Assembly: GCA_964487115.1 (NCBI GenBank)
Contig: CAZAPD010000127.1
Coordinates: 1-10,322 of the forward strand
Direction: 5' to 3'
DNA: 10,322 nucleotides
Source of the DNA: an uncultured Thermococci archaeon
GTDB lineage: Archaea > Methanobacteriota_B > Thermococci > Thermococcales > Thermococcaceae
Both the position numbers and the translations under genes were made by a program. Below the pieces are notes generated by a model that saw only the letters and a program-made list of their open reading frames with translations, did no database searches and was not told the DNA's origin. Shown here piece after piece: positions 7,137-10,322 of this stretch (its first letter is position 1; each line of letters starts with the position of its first letter).

Positions 7137-7282
7137 CAATGGAAATTATGTGATCTTTTTTTAAATCTTAACCTGTGCTGTGAGGGGTATCATGTGGTCG
7201 TAGTTCGTTAAGGATACCATCGAGCTTGTCCTGACAATATACACAACCCAAAAATTAAAAACGGGCGGGGGGAGGTTATAAT

Positions 7283-7975
7283 ATGCTCGTGCTCCTTGAC
7301 CTCGATGATACCCTGTGCAATACATGGGAGGCAGGAAAGTACACTATACTGAGGCTGCTTCCTTACCTGCTTAAAAAAAAGAAGTTTAGAGCGCTCTTCT
7401 ATATTCTGACAAGTAGGTATCGTGACTTAGAACAGGTCAAGGAGCTCCATCTAATGGATTTGGATAAAATTCTTGAAAAAGCCATGAGGAAGGTTTATTC
7501 CCACATACCTCAAAATGAACTTGATGAGATGTTTGAGCTCGTTGACAGAGTCTTCTTCTCAAATCTGAAACTTTTTCCTGATGCAAGGCCATTTCTTGAG
7601 GAGCTGAGGAAAATGGATGCTAAAATTGTCCTTATAACCGATTCTTCAAGCTACTGGCAGAGGAAAAAGCTCGAATACCTTGGAATAAAGGATTATTTTG
7701 ACAGTATAGTGATAAGCGGCGAAACAGGGCACAGCAAATTTGAGCTCTATAACTTCATCCTTGCGAAAAAGCTCTTCCCTGTGGAGTCGGAAATATACAT
7801 GATTGGTGACAGGGATGAAACTGATATGAAGGGTGGGAAAGCCATTGGAGCCATTACGATACTCGTAAACCGGGGCTATTTCAGGGGCAGAGGGACAAAA
7901 AATGCAGATTACATTGTGAGAAACCTCATGGAGGCTTTGGAGGTGATAAAACATGAGCATGAAAAGAGAGCTTAA
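7283..7975 (+). CDS. HAD-superfamily hydrolase (subfamily IA-like)
   Basis: Motif I 'DLDDTL', motif II 'LITDS', motif III K in 'GHSK', motif IV 'IGDRDETD'. SD GGAGGT. Confidence 0.92.
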   Translation: MLVLLDLDDTLCNTWEAGKYTILRLLPYLLKKKKFRALFYILTSRYRDLEQVKELHLMDLDKILEKAMRKVYSHIPQNELDEMFELVDRVFFSNLKLFPDARPFLEELRKMDAKIVLITDSSSYWQRKKLEYLGIKDYFDSIVISGETGHSKFELYNFILAKKLFPVESEIYMIGDRDETDMKGGKAIGAITILVNRGYFRGRGTKNADYIVRNLMEALEVIKHEHEKRA

Positions 7976-8570
7976 GAGGAAGGCGCTTCACCTCACTGGT
8001 CTTATAGTTCCTGCAGTTTATATTTTCTCCGACAAGACATTCACGCTAACCTTTATTGGGGTTGCCATGCTTGTTTTCCTCATTCTGGAGCCATTCAGGA
8101 TTGTTGAAGCCTTTAGGGATAAAATAAAGAAAATTCTCCGTATTTATGTCCAAGATGAGGTCATATCAACCCTTGAGAAAAACATAGATGAAATAACCAG
8201 AGAGGAAGAGAGGAGCGGGATTGCGGCCCACATATATTTTACAGCGGCGGCATTTATCGTGGTTTATTTCTTTCCAAAAAACATAGCGATAGGAGCAATC
8301 GCTGTAGCTACTATCGGGGATGCTATGGCAGCCATAATAGGAAAAACCTTCGGGAAGCATCGTTTTGCAAATGGTAAGAGTGTGGAAGGCAGCTGTGCAT
8401 ATTTTCTGAGTGCTCTTGTTATTCTGCTGTCTCTGATGGATCTTTCTCATGCTCTCATGGGAGCAATTGCCGGAATGCTTGCAGAGTTCTATGATCTTCC
8501 GCCTGATGACAACTTCTCAAACCAGCTGGCGATAGGCTTAGTGCTTTATATATTCGGACTAATAACCTGA
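7953..8570 (+). CDS. Dolichol/phytol (polyprenol) kinase-family membrane protein (SEC59/DGK1/VTE5-like)
   Basis: 'RKALHL', 'GDAMAAIIGKTFGKH', 'KSVEGS' and 'DDNF' motifs. Perfect SD GGAGGTGA at 7939-7946 inside the HAD gene, with a 23-nt overlap. Confidence 0.9.
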   Translation: MSMKRELKRKALHLTGLIVPAVYIFSDKTFTLTFIGVAMLVFLILEPFRIVEAFRDKIKKILRIYVQDEVISTLEKNIDEITREEERSGIAAHIYFTAAAFIVVYFFPKNIAIGAIAVATIGDAMAAIIGKTFGKHRFANGKSVEGSCAYFLSALVILLSLMDLSHALMGAIAGMLAEFYDLPPDDNFSNQLAIGLVLYIFGLIT

Positions 8571-8593
8571 GAAAAGGGAAGAGGAAAGATAAA
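8571..8593 (-). terminator. Pyrimidine-rich putative terminator for the minus-strand surface-protein gene
   Basis: Minus strand reads TTTATCTTTCCTCTTCCCTTTTC immediately after the stop codon, in the gap between convergent genes. Confidence 0.5.
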
Positions 8594-10322
8594 TCATTTA
8601 ATTACCACCTTAACGAAGTTGCTGAGCGTATCGCTGTCTTTCCATTCATCGGTGCTGTCATGGACTGCTTTGTCATCTGGGATTGTTACAACGGCTGATG
8701 TCCTGTCTCCTCCAGCTATCCATGCTATAACCTTCACTTCTTTGGGCTTTCCTCCAATGGCCTTCCATGGTATCCTGAGTTCTACCGTTTGCAAACCTGA
8801 AGTTCCTCCAAAGTACGCTACCTTAAAGCCTTTAAACTGTTTGTTCCAGTCGTATGTCCATTTTCCATCCTCGTATTTGACCAGTTGCATTCCTGTGTCC
8901 TTGCCGAAGTTGTACTCAAGCCTCTTTGTTCCGCTGTTCCACCAGCCGTAGATTTCGTAGTCTACGCCTTCTGTGAAGCTTATCAGCTTGCCCCATGCAT
9001 CTCTATCTCCTGTGTATCCTCCTTTCTTTACATCCAGCCCGATTCCATAGCTTAAGTCCCAGTTCTTGCTGTTGTTTGCCTCAAGGGCGATATAGAGGTA
9101 ATTGTTGTCATAGTCCACTCCAAGCGTGACGAGATTGGCACCGGCATAATTTGAGTTCTTTTCCCTGATTACGACTTTGGCATTCTGCCAGTCAGCTAAG
9201 GCACCATCAATTGCGAGCTTCTTTGGAACTTCACTTCCGGTCCCCTTCAGCGTTGCATAGGTTGTTATCCAGTCTAAGTCGTTCCATTCATTTGCTTGGT
9301 CGTTTATGATCTTGTCATAGGGCAGGCAATCGACTGCTGAGGTTCCTGTATCTGCCCCTGTAACAAATGCACTCACCTTTGCATTATCTGGATCTGGGAT
9401 GAGAGAGCGCGGAATCTGGAATATGAGCCTCTTTATTCCGCTGGAGCCTTTTGTATACGAAATTCTAATTCCGACCTCGTCGGGTTTGTTGTACTTCCAT
9501 TCTCCAGACTTCCATTTGGCAAAGCTCATGGCATCAATGCTGTTATCCTCCGAGCTCCAATAGACATAGATTTCGTAATCAGGTTTAAAAGAGAACCAGA
9601 TGTTCCTTCTCCAAGCATCAGATGTTCCATTGTAGCCTCCATCCTTTGCATCGATGGCGATTCCATAGGCGACATCCCAGTTTTCGGTGTTACCTGTATC
9701 AACAACTACATAGTAGTATTTATCATCAGAGCCGAGGTATAGAGCTGTGAGATTTGCACCCTCTTTTCCATGTTGCATGTCTTCCGCAACCTTGGTGACC
9801 CTGCTCATGACGCCCTCAGATTCAAGCTTTTTGATGAGGTTGGTTATCTTGGTCTGGATGCCCTTTATCCGGTAGTATGCTGAAGCCACGATGAAGGCCC
9901 CCCTTGGAGATGGATTACTTCCCTGTAGGAGAGTGAATCCCTTTTTGAACAGTCTATGGTTCTCTGCAAGCTTCTTCTCAAGGGTCTTGATTTTGGCTAA
10001 TGATTCATTGGTGAGTGCTATCTCCTTTGCTTTCTCAAGTGCTTTTACACTCCATTCATATCTCTTCACGTATAAGTTAGGCCAGATATACATTCCAGCA
10101 GTCATCAAGTTCTGTCTTCTTATCTCAATTTCTCCGACATAGAGCTTGTAGGAAGAGGTTATGTTTTTCCCTTCGTACTCCACTACGGCTTTTAGATAGT
10201 GAGTCCCGGTTTTCTGTTCATTATACTCGTAAATGTAGTTCAGATTTATTTTGCCTTTAGCTGGGACACTAACAGTCCAGTTTTTAATTTTTACATCGTT
10301 ATCGTAAAGTGTTACATTGACG
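8594..10322 (-). CDS. 3' part of a large extracellular protein: CARDB-like Ig domain, helical bundle, two tandem DOMON/CBM9-like domains
   Basis: The frame stays open from 10183 to the window edge (VNVTLYDNDVKIKNWTVSVPAKGKINLNYIYEYNEQKTGTHYLKAVVEY, CARDB-like), so the true start is outside the window. 'IDGALADW', 'DNNYLYIA' and 'VELRIPWKAIG' are DOMON/CBM9-like hallmarks. Confidence 0.8.
   Translation of the reverse strand, partial: VNVTLYDNDVKIKNWTVSVPAKGKINLNYIYEYNEQKTGTHYLKAVVEYEGKNITSSYKLYVGEIEIRRQNLMTAGMYIWPNLYVKRYEWSVKALEKAKEIALTNESLAKIKTLEKKLAENHRLFKKGFTLLQGSNPSPRGAFIVASAYYRIKGIQTKITNLIKKLESEGVMSRVTKVAEDMQHGKEGANLTALYLGSDDKYYYVVVDTGNTENWDVAYGIAIDAKDGGYNGTSDAWRRNIWFSFKPDYEIYVYWSSEDNSIDAMSFAKWKSGEWKYNKPDEVGIRISYTKGSSGIKRLIFQIPRSLIPDPDNAKVSAFVTGADTGTSAVDCLPYDKIINDQANEWNDLDWITTYATLKGTGSEVPKKLAIDGALADWQNAKVVIREKNSNYAGANLVTLGVDYDNNYLYIALEANNSKNWDLSYGIGLDVKKGGYTGDRDAWGKLISFTEGVDYEIYGWWNSGTKRLEYNFGKDTGMQLVKYEDGKWTYDWNKQFKGFKVAYFGGTSGLQTVELRIPWKAIGGKPKEVKVIAWIAGGDRTSAVVTIPDDKAVHDSTDEWKDSDTLSNFVKVVIK
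8597..9802 (-). repeat. Protein-level tandem duplication of a ~190-205 aa domain (about 9802-9248 and 9220-8597)
   Basis: Aligned motifs: GANLTALY/GANLVTLG, NWDVAYGIAIDAKDGGY/NWDLSYGIGLDVKKGGY, DAWRR/DAWGK, DYEIY/DYEIY, TSAVDCLP/TSAVVTIP, EWNDLD/EWKDSD. Confidence 0.85.

Noticed and set aside
7174..7226. Fluoride (crcB) riboswitch or H/ACA RNA on the minus strand (GATGGTATC...ATGATACC...AGC-ACA)
   Set aside because: There is no P1 stem for the riboswitch and no fluoride-related gene downstream. For H/ACA, the pocket-to-ACA distance is too short and no clear K-turn is present.
444..10142. Remaining short ORFs in the track (e.g. 444-716, 1182-1415, 2465-2707, 2649-2951, 5928-6140, 6972-7211, 7646-7960, 8619-8951, 9891-10142)
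   Set aside because: They are antisense or off-frame shadows of well-supported genes, with no recognisable motifs.
10181..10183. GTG start given by the ORF track for the 529-aa protein
   Set aside because: The frame is open to the window edge and the upstream translation continues the same CARDB-like domain.
1..10322. CRISPR array, tRNA/rRNA genes, transposase or integrase
   Set aside because: I saw no regularly spaced direct repeats, cloverleaf, rRNA-like tract or recombinase-like ORF.

Overview
Archaeal chromosomal segment, almost certainly Thermococcales, judged from GGAGGTGA/GGTG Shine-Dalgarno sites, BRE-TTTA(T/A)A promoters, an MfnA-type decarboxylase and C/D box guide RNAs. From left to right it holds: the 5' end of a divergent probable polysaccharide flippase gene, a TasA/camelysin-like protein with a SipW-type signal peptide, two tandem box C/D guide RNAs absent from the ORF track, a CDF metal transporter, an AT-richer 762-aa secreted glycoside-hydrolase-like protein, mfnA, a CPA2 cation:proton antiporter, a DUF131 membrane protein, an overlapping HAD hydrolase / polyprenol-kinase pair, and the 3' part of a large surface protein (CARDB-like domain, helical bundle, two tandem DOMON/CBM9-like domains). 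The most unusual item is the second C/D RNA, which carries a 58-nt structured insert between its D' and C' boxes while keeping two good 16S rRNA guides. All family calls and rRNA target sequences come from motif recognition and memory, not from database searches.
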